DNA of 63,992 nt, the filler included, from Reclinomonas americana ATCC 50394 (lineage: Eukaryota): NCBI GenBank assembly GCA_048213135.1. It is 14 parts of 14 records of this genome, joined end to end, with 100 filler letters (N's around TTAATTAATTAA, not from the genome) between each part and the next. Parts side by side here need not be neighbours in the genome. Positions count along the whole stretch, not along the records: positions 1 to 2,449 come from AFZH01021285.1; positions 2,550 to 3,732 come from AFZH01021286.1; positions 3,833 to 7,512 come from AFZH01021287.1; positions 7,613 to 11,382 come from AFZH01021288.1; positions 11,483 to 13,887 come from AFZH01021289.1; 9 more parts are not named here. One strand, written 5' to 3'. Shown here in pieces: positions 1 to 11,602 of the stretch; the first letter of the stretch is position 1, and every line of letters begins with the position of its first letter. The notes under the pieces were generated by a model, which had not been told where the DNA came from, ran no database searches, and saw only the letters and a list, made by a program, of their open reading frames with translations. The translations under genes were made by a program, and so were the position numbers.

Positions 1-23
1 TGTGTGTGTGTGTGTGTGCACAG

Positions 24-1253
24 CATGTTTACAAGTTCTACGACGTGATTGACTTCTGCGACCCCGACGAAGTGATGCCACAGGTATTATATTTTCCCGT
101 GTTTCACACTCCGATATTCACTTGCTCCTCCTCACCATCCACGCGCGCTCCACAGCTATACAGTGACGCACCAACAGTCAGGGGTGGTGGTGCGGGTCAA
201 GGCAGCCGACGCAGGGCGAGCGCGCCAACCATCTCCGCGCGAACCGGCAAGCGATCGTCGCGGCGCTCACGGCGAGCTGTTTCGGACGACGAGGATGAGG
301 ACGAGGATGATGACGATGAGCAGCAGCTGCAACAACAAGAGGCAGAGGAGGGAGTGCAGCAACTGGCGGACAGCATGGAGGTGGACGGCAACATGGACTC
401 GGACGACGACAGTGTCGGACAGACCGTGGCCCCACGCGTACCCGCTGGCGACTCGCCAATCCGCCGCCGAAAGTCGACTCGCACGCGTCGCAAGCCACTG
501 CCGGCCAAAGACGAGGTGTACGACTTCTCTTCGCTGGACTCGGGGTCGGAGGATGTGGCGCCGCCAGCGGAGGCCATGTCCGCGTCACCCCTGACTGCGG
601 CGGTCATTGGTGAGCACGACGGTGATGCCAACGACGAGACGGAGGTGGAAGACGAGGAGAACAAGGCAGCGAGGATGAAGAGGACCAAGATGCGCACGAG
701 GAGGATGATCTCTGCCGACTCGGTGATGGTGGTCGAGGGCAAGACCGCCGTCAACTTGGCGCTGGCGCGGAGGAAGCTGCGACTGCAGTCCATGGACATG
801 CCGCCACTGGCCATTGTGGAGGCGGCTAATGCGTTGCCCTCGCCACCAATGTCCAGTTGGAATTCTTCTTCGTCGGCGGCCTCCATGTCGTCGTTGTCAC
901 CGCCGAGCAGTGCCTGCTCCACCCCGACGCGCACCCTGTGGCCGACCATGGGTGGCGCGGTACCTGCCTCGCCGCAAGTGGTGCAACTCGTATCGCCCGT
1001 GCAGCCTGCCGCCGAGTCGCTGTTCCTCAGCGAGAGCCGCCTGCGCGCACAGGGCCGTCTCGAGACACTCTCCGTGCTGTACCGGCGGCTGGTGAGCGAC
1101 GCCCTGTCGGCAGTCGACATTGACGAGTTTGAGGTGGGGGCGAAGGCTTGCACCGAAGAGCCGCCGCCGGCGTGTGCCCGCTCGATACTGTTTGGTGCCG
1201 ATCGCGAGGGGGGCAGCGACGCACCGCCGCTTCCGCACGAGTATTACTACTGA
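24..1253 (+). CDS. 3' part of a hypothetical protein with acidic and Ser/Pro-rich low-complexity regions (5' end outside window)
   Basis: Exon HVYKFYDVIDFCDPDEVMPQ, in-frame GT-AG intron 84-155, then a 1.1-kb open exon with GC3-rich codons ending TGA at 1253. ATTAAA follows at about 1392. No family recognised. Confidence 0.7.
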   Translation, partial: HVYKFYDVIDFCDPDEVMPQVLYFPVFHTPIFTCSSSPSTRAPQLYSDAPTVRGGGAGQGSRRRASAPTISARTGKRSSRRSRRAVSDDEDEDEDDDDEQQLQQQEAEEGVQQLADSMEVDGNMDSDDDSVGQTVAPRVPAGDSPIRRRKSTRTRRKPLPAKDEVYDFSSLDSGSEDVAPPAEAMSASPLTAAVIGEHDGDANDETEVEDEENKAARMKRTKMRTRRMISADSVMVVEGKTAVNLALARRKLRLQSMDMPPLAIVEAANALPSPPMSSWNSSSSAASMSSLSPPSSACSTPTRTLWPTMGGAVPASPQVVQLVSPVQPAAESLFLSESRLRAQGRLETLSVLYRRLVSDALSAVDIDEFEVGAKACTEEPPPACARSILFGADREGGSDAPPLPHEYYY

Positions 1254-1553
1254 CGATGATTTAGAGGAGCGTATTGGTTTGTGGTGCTGGTGGGGGGTGG
1301 TGGTGGTGGTGGTTTTGCGTGTTTTGCATGTGTACGGTGGGTATTTTTTTGTATGCAGTGGCAGAGGAGAAATGTGCGTCGCGCGTGATTAATTAAAGTA
1401 TGTTACGACGAGCACGCAAGGTGCAGGTCAGTGCATTCGTTGTGGGGATTGTTGAAGGAAGAGAGCGGTAAGGCGCCGGCGAAGTTGTGATCAAGGACTT
1501 GCTGCGTTTCTGTAAACTTGTGTCGACGCGTCAGTTTTTCTCGCGAGATCTAA

Positions 1554-2036
1554 ATGGTCGCAACGCGAAGAGTTGTGTCGCTGGCGGGTATCGCTGGTCT
1601 TCTCGAGGCAGGCAAGATTGACACCACAAACTTTCTTGGCTCCGCGTTGGAGGTGTGTTTCCTTTATAAGCTTGCAATTGGTGTGTGAGAGCGAGACCAC
1701 GCAGCGTGCACTCACCCGTTCACAACAGGAGGCGTGTTTGACCCAGCGGAGGTTCCATGCAGACCACTACTATCGCCTCTACATGCGACAAGCTGCAAGG
1801 GGTGCGTGTCGACGTCGCTGTTGTGTTGTTCTGGTGCACGTACGTGTGCACGTGATCATTAGCTCACGCTGCGTGCAGTGATGGATGTTGTCAGTCTCTT
1901 GTTCGAGGCTCAGGAACAGCGACGACTTGATGTGGCACACCACTGGTGTGAGTGGCAAGATGAGATGAGTGGCGACGGCAAGCAGGCATCGTCCAGTGAC
2001 GATGAACTAGTGGAATATATTGGTGCGACGATTTGA
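1554..2036 (+). CDS. Possible small three-exon hypothetical protein (about 110 aa)
   Basis: MVATRRVVSLAG..SALE | EACLTQRRFHADHYYRLYMRQAAR | VMDVVSLLFEAQEQ..GATI* stays in frame across two GT-AG introns (donors gtgtgt and gtgcgt). ATTAAA at about 2150. No homology recognised. Confidence 0.35.
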
Positions 2037-2449
2037 GATGCGAGGGAGGCTGAGACGAGATCTGCGACGGTATCCGCGGAGGGATATGGTGGACCTGCAG
2101 GGTTGTGCGAGGTCCACGTGCTCGACACCGTTGTGGAAGACACTCATTAATTAAACTTGTACCACCGCGTGTTCTGTTTCCGATATCAGCAATCGAATTC
2201 CGAACAGTTTTGTCGCTGCTGTCGTTGCAGCTCGACCACGAGGCCAACCGCAGCTGCCCTATAACAGTCAAACGCGCGTAGTCCACTTACACCTCGCCTC
2301 ACCTGCAAGCACCTGCACCAGCACGATCGCCATCGACCATCCAATTTGCGAACACCAATCGACTAAAACCACACCTCTTAACAATGAGCGCCCGACACAC
2401 TCGCCTCGACGATGGCGGCGGTGTTGTGCCCTCACCCAACACACTGTCC

Positions 2450-2549
2450 NNNNNNNNNNNNNNNNNNNNNNNNNNNNNNNNNNNNNNNNNNNNTTAATTA
2501 ATTAANNNNNNNNNNNNNNNNNNNNNNNNNNNNNNNNNNNNNNNNNNNN
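2450..2549. other. Artificial scaffold spacer N44-TTAATTAATTAA-N44, with stops in all six frames. Also at 3733, 7513, 11383, 13888, 30283, 37661, 40591, 43256, 47717, 52000, 53819 and 56928
   Basis: The identical 100-nt cassette occurs 13 times. Several genes continue correctly across it, so contig order is at least partly real. Confidence 0.98.
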
Positions 2550-2563
2550 GACGACGAACGAAC

Positions 2564-2565
<2 letters not shown>

Positions 2566-2644
<79 letters not shown>
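2566..2644. repeat. (GT)n microsatellite. Similar (CT/GA)n tracts at about 40807-40853, 52100-52230, 53682-53728, 56800-56900 and 57113-57186
   Basis: Directly visible dinucleotide runs, mostly at contig ends. Confidence 0.95.
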
Positions 2645-2649
<5 letters not shown>

Positions 2650-2955
2650 AGCAATTACATTGTCTTGTGTGCAACTCACATGTGTTTTGCGCAGGAACTT
2701 GTTCTTGTGAGTTGTTCTGCAGTTCTAGTGTTGCTGGTGATGAACTTGCCTCACTTTCTCTCTCTCATGCAGCTGGTTTGTTGAGTCTGCGCGTGATCCG
2801 GTCGCTGACCCGCTGGTGAGTGACTTCTGCATGTGTCAGTGATGAAGTGTGTGACTGATGTGGTCTGTGTGCATGCAGATCATGTGGAAGAATGGTGGTG
2901 TCGCATTGTTGAGGCACGCGTGAGAGACAACGAGCTGAATGGTGTATGCATGCAG

Positions 2956-5385
2956 GTGGACCCGGCTGCTCGTCTCTTCTGGGCATCATGGAGGTGAGAC
3001 TCCCTCCTTCTTCCTACCTCCCTCCCTACCTCCCTCCCTCCTTCATCCCTTCTTCCGCCATTCTTCTCTCCCTCACCTTCGCTTGTTACACTTCCTTCGC
3101 ACCCTCCGTTTCCAGTCACTCACTCACACACGTTCGTGCAGGAGAACGGCCCGTTCTATCCGAACGCCGACGGCAATCTCGTGGAGAATACGATGAGCTG
3201 GAACCGCCTTGCCAATGTGCTGTATGTCGAGGTCAGTGCGACGACAACGAAAAAAAATGCACATGGTGTGGTTCCGTGTCTCACAGTCGGTGCAGAGCCC
3301 GGCCGGTGTCGGCTTCTCGTACTCGGAGACCCCGAGCGACTATTACACCACCGATGAGCGCACCTCCAGTGACACGGTGGTGTTTTTGCGCAAGGCATGG
3401 TTTCCCCTCCATTGCTGGCCTGTTGATCATGTGTCTCACTGTCATCTCCCTCTGTCTCTCTCCCTCTGTGTGTGTGTGTGGTTGTGTGTATGTGCGTGTA
3501 TGTCTCTGTCTTTGCCTCTGTCTCTGTGCGTCTGTCTGTCTGTCTCTCTCGTGCAGTTTTTCGAGCGGTATCCGCAGTTCAAGAACAACTCGCTGTATCT
3601 GGCCGGCGAGTCGTACACTGGTCACTACCTGGTGGAGGACGTGTACCAGATTTTGCAGTACAATGCAGATGCCACCAAGGTGTGTCTGCTCGCACGCGCA
3701 TCGACGCTCGATTGGGAAGGGGGAAAGCTTATNNNNNNNNNNNNNNNNNNNNNNNNNNNNNNNNNNNNNNNNNNNNTTAATTAATTAANNNNNNNNNNNN
3801 NNNNNNNNNNNNNNNNNNNNNNNNNNNNNNNNGATTCATGAGTCAGTATGTGCTTGCGAAAGGAGCGCATTCTCTCTGTCGTTCTCTCCCGCACTCTCTC
3901 TGTGTGTCACTCTCCCTCCTTTCCTTTCTCTCTCCTCATCTCTCTTCCCGCTCTCTGCTGTCCCTCTCTCCTTTCCTCTCTCCCTCTCTCACTCTCTTAT
4001 CTCTCCTTCCCCTCGTTCCTCTCTCCCTCTCTCTCTCTCTTTCCCTCTCCTCTCTCCTTTCCTCTCCCCTCTCTTATCTCTTTCAATCTCTCCTCCCTCC
4101 TTTCCCTCTCCTCCTCCCTCTCCCCCTCCCCCTCCCCCTTTTTCCCTCCCTCCCTTGCCCCCGTTCCCTTTCCCTCTCTCCTCTTACACCGCGCTCCCCC
4201 AGCCGCAAATCAACCTGCACGGCCTCATGAACGGCAACCCCTTCACGGACACCGACATTGACGACCTGGCCTTCTACACCGTCTTTACCGAGTTTGGCCT
4301 GCTCTCCAACACCACGCTGGCTGGCGTCATCGATCTGTGCTACCCGACGGGCGAGAAGGAGCAGACGCCGACGTGCCAGGTGCAGTACCAGAAAGCCATC
4401 CAGGAGATGGGCCCCATCAACATTTACGAGCTGTTTGAGGACATTTGCGTGGACAGCGTTGCGTTCATCCCTCGTTTCCACCGATATGCTTTTGTGCTTC
4501 TTACCTTCAGCCTTCACCTCTGCAGCCGCAAACGGTGCGCCTGCTGAAAATGGCCGCTCAAGCCCGACCACACTCGCTGCAAGCGGCCATGGCACGAGAG
4601 CTGGAGGCGCGGCGGCAGCGGCGAAAGACCCGCGGCTCCGGCTACGACGAGACCAACAATGGCGACCCGATTCCACCGTGCATTAGCGAGCACACGATTC
4701 CCTATCTCAATCGACCCGACGTGCAGGTGCGTGACCTCCTCACCCTTTGTGCTTGCCACACTCATCATCACGTGTTGTACAACGCAGGCCGCCTTGCACA
4801 TTGGCCGCCGCACGAGCAACCTCCCCGTGCAGTGGCTCGAGTGCACCGAGGACGACGTGCTGCACTACAGCCGCGAGTCGTACCTGCGCAGCATGCTGCC
4901 AACATACGAGGCCATTTTCAAGATGGCACCGCAGCTGTTGCGCCACCCTCCTCCTCCTCCTCTGTAAGCTGCCACTCCACTCACCACGCACGCAGTCGCA
5001 TCCTCATCTTCTCCGGCGATGTCGACGGCGTGGTTCCCTTGTTGCGTTGCTCGTCTTCGCGTCACCACTCACCCTCATCGCACGTATTCACGATCCGCAC
5101 GCGTGCAGCTCGGGCACTCGCGAGTGGGTTCGCCGACTGAACATGCAGGAGCTGGCGCCGATGCGTCCGTGGATCGTCAATCGCCAAGTGGCAGGGTGCG
5201 TTTTGTCTCCAGTGCTCCCTATCGTTTTGCATTTCTGCCGACTCATCTCTGCCTGCAGTCGCGTCACCGTGTACGACCGTATGACCGTGGCCACCGTACG
5301 CAACGCTGGACACATGGCACCGGCCTCGCAGCCCGTCCGCACCCGCGCACTGATTGAGCGCTTCCTCAACAAGGCCGACATCTAA
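2956..5385 (+). CDS. Serine carboxypeptidase, peptidase family S10 (5' exons missing; spans a gap)
   Basis: Spliced motifs [45 protein letters not shown] (catalytic Ser), GNPFTD, YLNRPDVQAALH, RILIFSGDVDGVVPF (Asp) and TVRNAGHMAP (His). Confidence 0.95.
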
Positions 5386-5437
5386 GAAAAATGAAAATCC
5401 AAATCCCTTTTTGTGCTCACCAAACAACACACGAAGG

Positions 5438-5999
5438 ATGGCGAGAGGGGAACGCAGACCACTCATTACAGTGGTGTTGTTGATAGTGATGATGGCGACA
5501 ATGGGTAGCAGCGAGCCACGGTGTGCGCGCACTTACTGCAGAGTCTGTGCTCTCACAGAGTCTCACTCTCTCTGCGCACGCCCACAGAGACGAGCTGAAG
5601 TGCACTAACGCTGTCGAGTGCGTCCCGTGCGAGCCCAGTGAACTCGTTGCGTCTTCTTCTCTCTCTCTCACACACTCTCTCACTCTCACGCCACTCATCG
5701 ACATGCAGCGCGTGTCGCCGTGTGTGGAGAACGGCTTCAAGTTGCAACAAGAGTGCCGCAGCAGTGACAGCGACAGTGTGACCACAGAGTGGATCCCGTG
5801 CGCGTTTGTGCCTCACAAGACACCATCGACAAGTGCATTTGTGGTGTTTGAGGTGCGTTGTGCTTTTGCCTCTCAGTGTTGTCATCTTTTCGCTATGCCA
5901 ACGTGTTGCAAGGTGTGCATGTTGCTTGCGTTTGCACTGAGCGGCTTTTGCGTGTGGCGACGCACGAGGCCAGTGCGATTGGAGAGACGATCGGTGTGA
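5438..5999 (+). CDS. JTB: JTB-like small single-pass membrane protein
   Basis: Signal peptide, six-Cys ectodomain (C..ECVPC..PCVENGF..EC..PC), then FVVFE plus a TM helix and basic tail, matching the JTB family layout. Three introns. Confidence 0.65.
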
Positions 6000-6606
6000 G
6001 CCACGTGTAATACCAGACAACAACAGCGGCCAAAAGCCGTAGCTACGTAGGGATGGACGCGAGCGGGCGAAAGTCATCCCTGCAGAGTGGCGTGCTTCTA
6101 CTCGGTGGTGAGCTCGCTAAAAGGTCCAGCCTTGATCATGAGCTCCAGGATCGGATCAAAACGATGCGCACTTGAGAGAAGCTTGCCGGTGAATGCCCAG
6201 TGAATGTATCACAGTTAATGGCGAGACTTGCAGCACATTGTTGTCGCATGGAGGGCGAGGTGAGACAAGCAGATGAACTTGCATTTCCCGCGCGCGCGGG
6301 TGTCTTTGAGCGCGTGCCGGAAAAACATTCCCGACAAACGCGTGTTGCACTCTCCACCCATGACTACTAGAGCGGCTCCGACAAGCAAGCGTGCGTGGCA
6401 CAGCGCACGAGAAGAGGAAACCACGCGCCAAGTGAAAAAAGCGCGCGAAAGTTTTCGCGGGCATTTTTTCATTGTCTCTTTCGGGTTTGTGCGCGCTCCG
6501 TGTTGCCATTCTTCCTCCGCCATCAACTCACTTGCACGCGCGCTCTCTCTCTCGCTTGCTGCTGCACTCTCTTGCCACGCACACACACACACAGAAGAAG
6601 AAAAGG

Positions 6607-9268
6607 ATGCGTTTCACACGCGTTTGCCTGCTGTTGGTCTTGCTGTTGACTGTGGCGTTTGCCGTCATGGAGGCGCGCGCCACTCTCGAGGCCCGCCTTG
6701 TCATCTCTGGCAAGGAGCTCACACTCACATGGCCGTCGGGCGTGTCACTCGAGCAGGCTGGTTTGTGAAGAGAGAGAGACAAGAGAGAGGGTTTGCTCTC
6801 GGTGTGACATTGCACACTTACAAACACGCACGCACGCACACAGCGATCAACTTTGCGCAGCAGCACAACCTGGATGCGGCACTGGTGCCGCAGATCATGC
6901 AAGTCGTCGAGAAGCTGCTCGCCGAGAACAAGGTTTGTGCGATGGTTGATGTTGTTGTTGTTGTTGTTGTCTGACTGACTCTGTGCGTTTTGTGTTGTTG
7001 TGTAGCCCGACGAGGAGCTTGGCGCGGTGATTGCCGACGAGGACCTGCTTGTGCCGGTGGCTGTCAACGGCAAGGCCGAGCAGATGCCGGTGATTGTGGG
7101 CGAGACGGTGCTGGAGGCCTCGTCGCGCTTTGCCACGCAGCGCAACTTGGGTGTCGCCGCGGTGCGCTCGCTGGTGGCTATTGTCGGCCCGCAGGTCACT
7201 GCCTTCAATGAGAAGCAGCAGGCGCAGATCAGCTTGCGCAAGTCGAGCTCGTTCTCCACTCGCGGCAGCGATGACTTTGAGGATCCGGAGGTAATGTGCG
7301 AGCGCGAAAAGAACAAACAAGCTGAAAAAAACCAACTTGCATGTGTGCGCAGGCCAATGAGGAGCTGAGCAGCCTGCCGGGCAGCACCGTGGTGGTGCCG
7401 TCCGATGCGACTGTCACCATCACCATTGACGAGCACGGCCCGAGCACTGTGAAGCTGAGCAGCGGCGAGACTGTTCTCAACGCCGTCAAGCGCCTCTTCT
7501 ACACCCCGCAGANNNNNNNNNNNNNNNNNNNNNNNNNNNNNNNNNNNNNNNNNNNNTTAATTAATTAANNNNNNNNNNNNNNNNNNNNNNNNNNNNNNNN
7601 NNNNNNNNNNNNCTGCAGCGCGTTGGCGCGTTGAGAGTCTCCTCCATGGCAACTAAAAATGCTGTCTCGTGTCGTGCAGTCCGTCCCGGCCCCGACCGCC
7701 GTCGACGGCATCTACTCGCTGACCACCGAGAATGTGCTGGCCACCGAGACCGGTGTCTGGCTGGTTGTGTTCAACCACTCGAACCCCACGTGCGCGGTAC
7801 GTCTCGTGCTCCTTCTTTTCTTCCTCGTCCGCGTTGTGCCTCACACATCCGTCCAATTATGAACGCAGTTCTGCGCCGAAGTCAGCAGCTACATGCGCGA
7901 CCTGCAGAAGGCGCTGCCGAAGGGCGTCAAGCTCGCCCAGGTCTCGTGCAACACCGAGGCCGAGATCAAGACCTGCCGCCGCTACATGGTCAACCAGTTC
8001 CCCACCTTCAAGTGGTGCGTTGCTCTCGCCACAAGTTAAATCTATTGTTTGTCGCACCTCATCGTGCTTGTGCGTGCACAGGCGCGTGGAGAACGCCGAT
8101 GCCACCACGGTGCTGAACAACTCTCGCGACTGGAACGCGAACAAGACCTACCTGTTGGGCTGGTTGAAGAAGCAGATTCCGTTGCGTCGAAAAATGCAGA
8201 ATCGAGGGAGAGAGTGAGAGTGATACTCACCTCGTCCCTTGCCAATCGCAGGGTTGTCCGCACAATGACCCCGACCGAGGTGCAGTCGTACGACGTGTGG
8301 AAGGACGGCGTGTTGGTCGCCTTCCGCGGCACCTCGGACCACGCTGCCACTGCTTTCGATGCCGCCGATCCGTCGCCCGAGTTGGTGAGCTATGTTGTTG
8401 TGTCGGGTGGCGCAGCTTGCCCCCCTCTAACGCAATGCTGCAGACCACCTTCGTCAACATGAGCACTGGCATGACTCGCCGCACCTTCGCCATGGTGCCG
8501 AGCTTTGACACGTGGACCAAGCAGTACCCCCTGCCGGCCGGCTGCTCCAACGCTCTGGCGGCCGTCGTTCGCGTCGACGGTGTGTCGTACTTCTGCGGCG
8601 GCGGTAACGGCGACCGCGTCGCCCTGCGCTCCTTTGTGCAGAGCCAGGCCGTGATGCGCGTTGCGTCATTGCAGTCGCTGTCGGATCAGTGAACAGGTAG
8701 CTCACCACTGTGTGCTGTTGCAGATTGGCCGCCTGAACTCGGCCAGCCTTGCGCTGCTGAAGCTCGCCGGTCGCAGTTTCGTCGCTGAACAGTTGCTGCT
8801 TTGTGGCTCTATACCTGCTCTCACTCGCTCTTCCTCTCTTGCCACAGACCGCATGTTCGGCATTGTGATTCCCAAGAGCATGGAGAAGGATCTGGCATCG
8901 TGAGTTTTTCTCGTCTTGTGTTTTGTCCCTGCTGCTCGAAGTTCTCATTATCTGCGCAGCGTGACGGGCGCCGTGAGCGCGGCTGTCCACCTCGACAACG
9001 AGGCTGCGTTCTTCTACGCCGTCTTTGAGGACACCAAGACGGTGAGAGCGCTGTTTCACGCCACCGTTATGTGCACGCACTCACTCACTCTTTCCCTTCT
9101 TGTGGCACACAGTGGCTGCAGCAGCACAACGTCGACGAGAAGAAGCTGCCGGCATACTTTGTGATGACCCGCACTGCGGCATCGGCCCAGGCCGTCGGCG
9201 CTACCTCGATCAACGCCGGCTCGTTCGAGCAGTTTGTCAAGTCGCAGCTGCAGCAGCAGAACGCATAA
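6607..9268 (+). CDS. Secreted protein disulfide isomerase/thioredoxin-like protein with N-terminal repeated small modules (spans a gap)
   Basis: Signal peptide MRFTRVCLLLVLLL. Thioredoxin domain YSLTTEN..VWLVVFNHSNPTCA|FC (CxxC split by an intron), VKLAQVSCN, CRRYMVNQFPTFKW, followed by degenerate b-type domains. About 12 introns. Confidence 0.75.
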
Positions 9269-9506
9269 GGATCGAAAGAAGAAGAAGCTCATATGTGTGA
9301 GCGTGAGCGTGCATGTACAAGCCGCCGCCATTGCCTTTTCTCCCTGTTGTTTTTCTCTCTGTATGTGCTCGACCAAGTAAAAAACGAGCACGCCAAACAA
9401 ACACGAACACGCCAATTCAATCCTTCACATGAGCGAAGGTCTTTACCCCCCTCCTCTCTCTCTTCTCTCACTCACTGCCTCCACACGCAACTAAAACACA
9501 CACACA

Positions 9507-11330
9507 ATGCACAGCACGTCGACCCCCGCCACCCACCAGCAGCACAGTTACGCACGATTATTTCTCCGACACACAGACTCTCTCTCTCTCACTCACACAC
9601 ACACATGCACAGGCTGTGCCAGCAGTGCCCCGCGCACCTCCACCACCACGCGCACCTCCACCAACCGCCTCCTCGCCAGTAGCGGCCTCAGACAGTGCGC
9701 AGACAAAGACACACACACACTCTCTCTCATTCTCTCTCACTCTCTCTCACACACGCACAGGCGCTCTATCAGCAGCAGCAAGTGCTCCGCGTCCTCCTCC
9801 TCCTCCGCCCTCCTCCTCCTCCTCGTCCACTGGTTTGTCTCACTGCATTTCCACAATTTGATTACAATGATGATGAGAGTGCGACGAGTGACCGGTGTCT
9901 CTGTGCAACTCACCTTTACAGAGAGCACCCGCTCGCCTCCGCCTTCCGCTGCGCCTCCGCCACCTCCGCCTGTGTCGCGTCCACCTGCTGGTCTGTGAGA
10001 AGAGAGCTCATTGAGAGAGTGAGAGAGAGACTTGACTGAGTGTCTATGGTGTGCGCAGTGCAGAGTGTGGCCGGTGGCTTGACGTACCCTGCGCCTCCGC
10101 CTCTTGCTGCTGGCAGTTGCGTGAGACTCACACTCTCGGAGAGTGTCAGTTGGGCCTGATGCTCGTTCGCAGAGGCGGCGACCACTGCAGCTGGCGGCGA
10201 TTCCTTGCCTCGACCTCCGCCTCGGCGATCGGAAACGGTCTCCATTGTTGTGCTCTGTGTGCTGTCTCGTGACTGTGGAGTCTCACTAGGAAGGTAGGCG
10301 GGCGAGGGCAGCGACAAAGCGGGAGCGTTGCGCTCGGAGTTGTCGTCGGTGCGCGCGGATGCCGAGTGTCTGCGGCGAGACAATGATGCACTGCAGCAGG
10401 TTGGTGTCGATGATTGTGTGTGTTTTTTGCGACGACGTGGAGCAGGCGGTAACATGCGCATGTATGTGCAGGAGTTGTCGGTGCTGCGAGTGCAGGTCAG
10501 TTCGGTGGAGGCGATGAAGCCGCGCTTGGCGGCGCTGCAGGCCGACAATGATAGGTTGCAGGAGGTCAGTCGCAGCCTGTTGTCGCGTTGCACGTGCTTT
10601 TGCTTGTGTTGTTGATCGCGAGGTGATGCACAGGAATTGGCGACGTTGCGCAGTCGCGCCTCGGCGGTTAACCCGTCGCAAGCGGCCGCGCAGAAGCAGC
10701 TGGAGGCTGAGATTGTCGATCTGCGCGCGGTTCGTGATGATCGTCGTGATGTTATGTCTGAGCATGTTCCGCACGCTGACCACGTGCGATGCAGGAACTG
10801 GCAAAGACACGCGCTGCGGCGACGGCCTCTGCTGACGCATCAGCGCGCCTGCGTCAGGCCGACGAGAAGCTGATGCAGACGCAGCGGGTGAGTGTGTGTC
10901 TTCATAATGTGCCCATTGCAACTGCTACTCATCGCATTGTTCCACGGGCACAGGAGATTGCTGACCTCCGCGCAGTTGTCGAGGCGACACGCAAGGAGGC
11001 AACGGTTGGTGCATGTGGTGAGCGTGCTGAAGGCAATCCTGCTCTCTGACTCTGTGTGTGCAGGATGCCAAGACAGCGCTGGCGCGCGCCACGCAACAAG
11101 TGGCCGAGTTGTCTGCGGTATGTTGGTATCATGTCCGCAAGAAGACAGGCAGCTATTGTAACACGTGACAATAGGTGGCGGAAAAGTCCAAGTCAGCAGC
11201 GGCGGGTGCCACACAAGCGGCTTCGGTTCGTCTCCTTCGCTTCAACCCTCACAGACAACAACATCTCACTCTCTTCTTTTTCGTGCAAACGCAGGGCGAA
11301 TTGCAGCAAGCACGCCAAGGTGCGCTATTC
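9507..11330 (+). CDS. Multi-exon Pro-rich and coiled-coil hypothetical protein (boundaries approximate; runs into a gap)
   Basis: Series of short exons with heptad-like content (LRSELSSVRADAECLRRDNDALQQ, ELATLRSRAS..QKQLEAEIVDLRA, EIADLRAVVEATRKE) bounded by GT-AG. Confidence 0.55.
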
Positions 11331-11602
11331 ATTCTCCCCTTCTGTCGCCGCTTCACCAAATTCACGCTTATGGCTTTGTGTANNNNNNNNNNNNNNNNNN
11401 NNNNNNNNNNNNNNNNNNNNNNNNNNTTAATTAATTAANNNNNNNNNNNNNNNNNNNNNNNNNNNNNNNNNNNNNNNNNNNNCCGCCCCACGCAAATGAT
11501 TGGTTGCGCGAAAACGGTCGTTTAAGTTCTTACGGCAATTTGAGAGAGAAGAAGAAGGGAACTGAGTGTGCATAAACTGCAGGAGCGTTTGCGTGAAAGA
11601 AC

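Noticed and set aside
1388..2155. Identical ATTAATTAAA at 1388 and 2146 as a possible target-site duplication
   Set aside because: No terminal inverted repeats or transposase between them. Each copy lies 110-140 bp after a stop codon and contains ATTAAA, so poly(A) signals are a simpler explanation.
2941..2955. Apparent 14-nt micro-intron giving LNG-GPG in the carboxypeptidase
   Set aside because: The upstream sequence lacks the expected P..LWL motif, and no other intron here is that short. The true upstream exon is probably in or beyond the gap.
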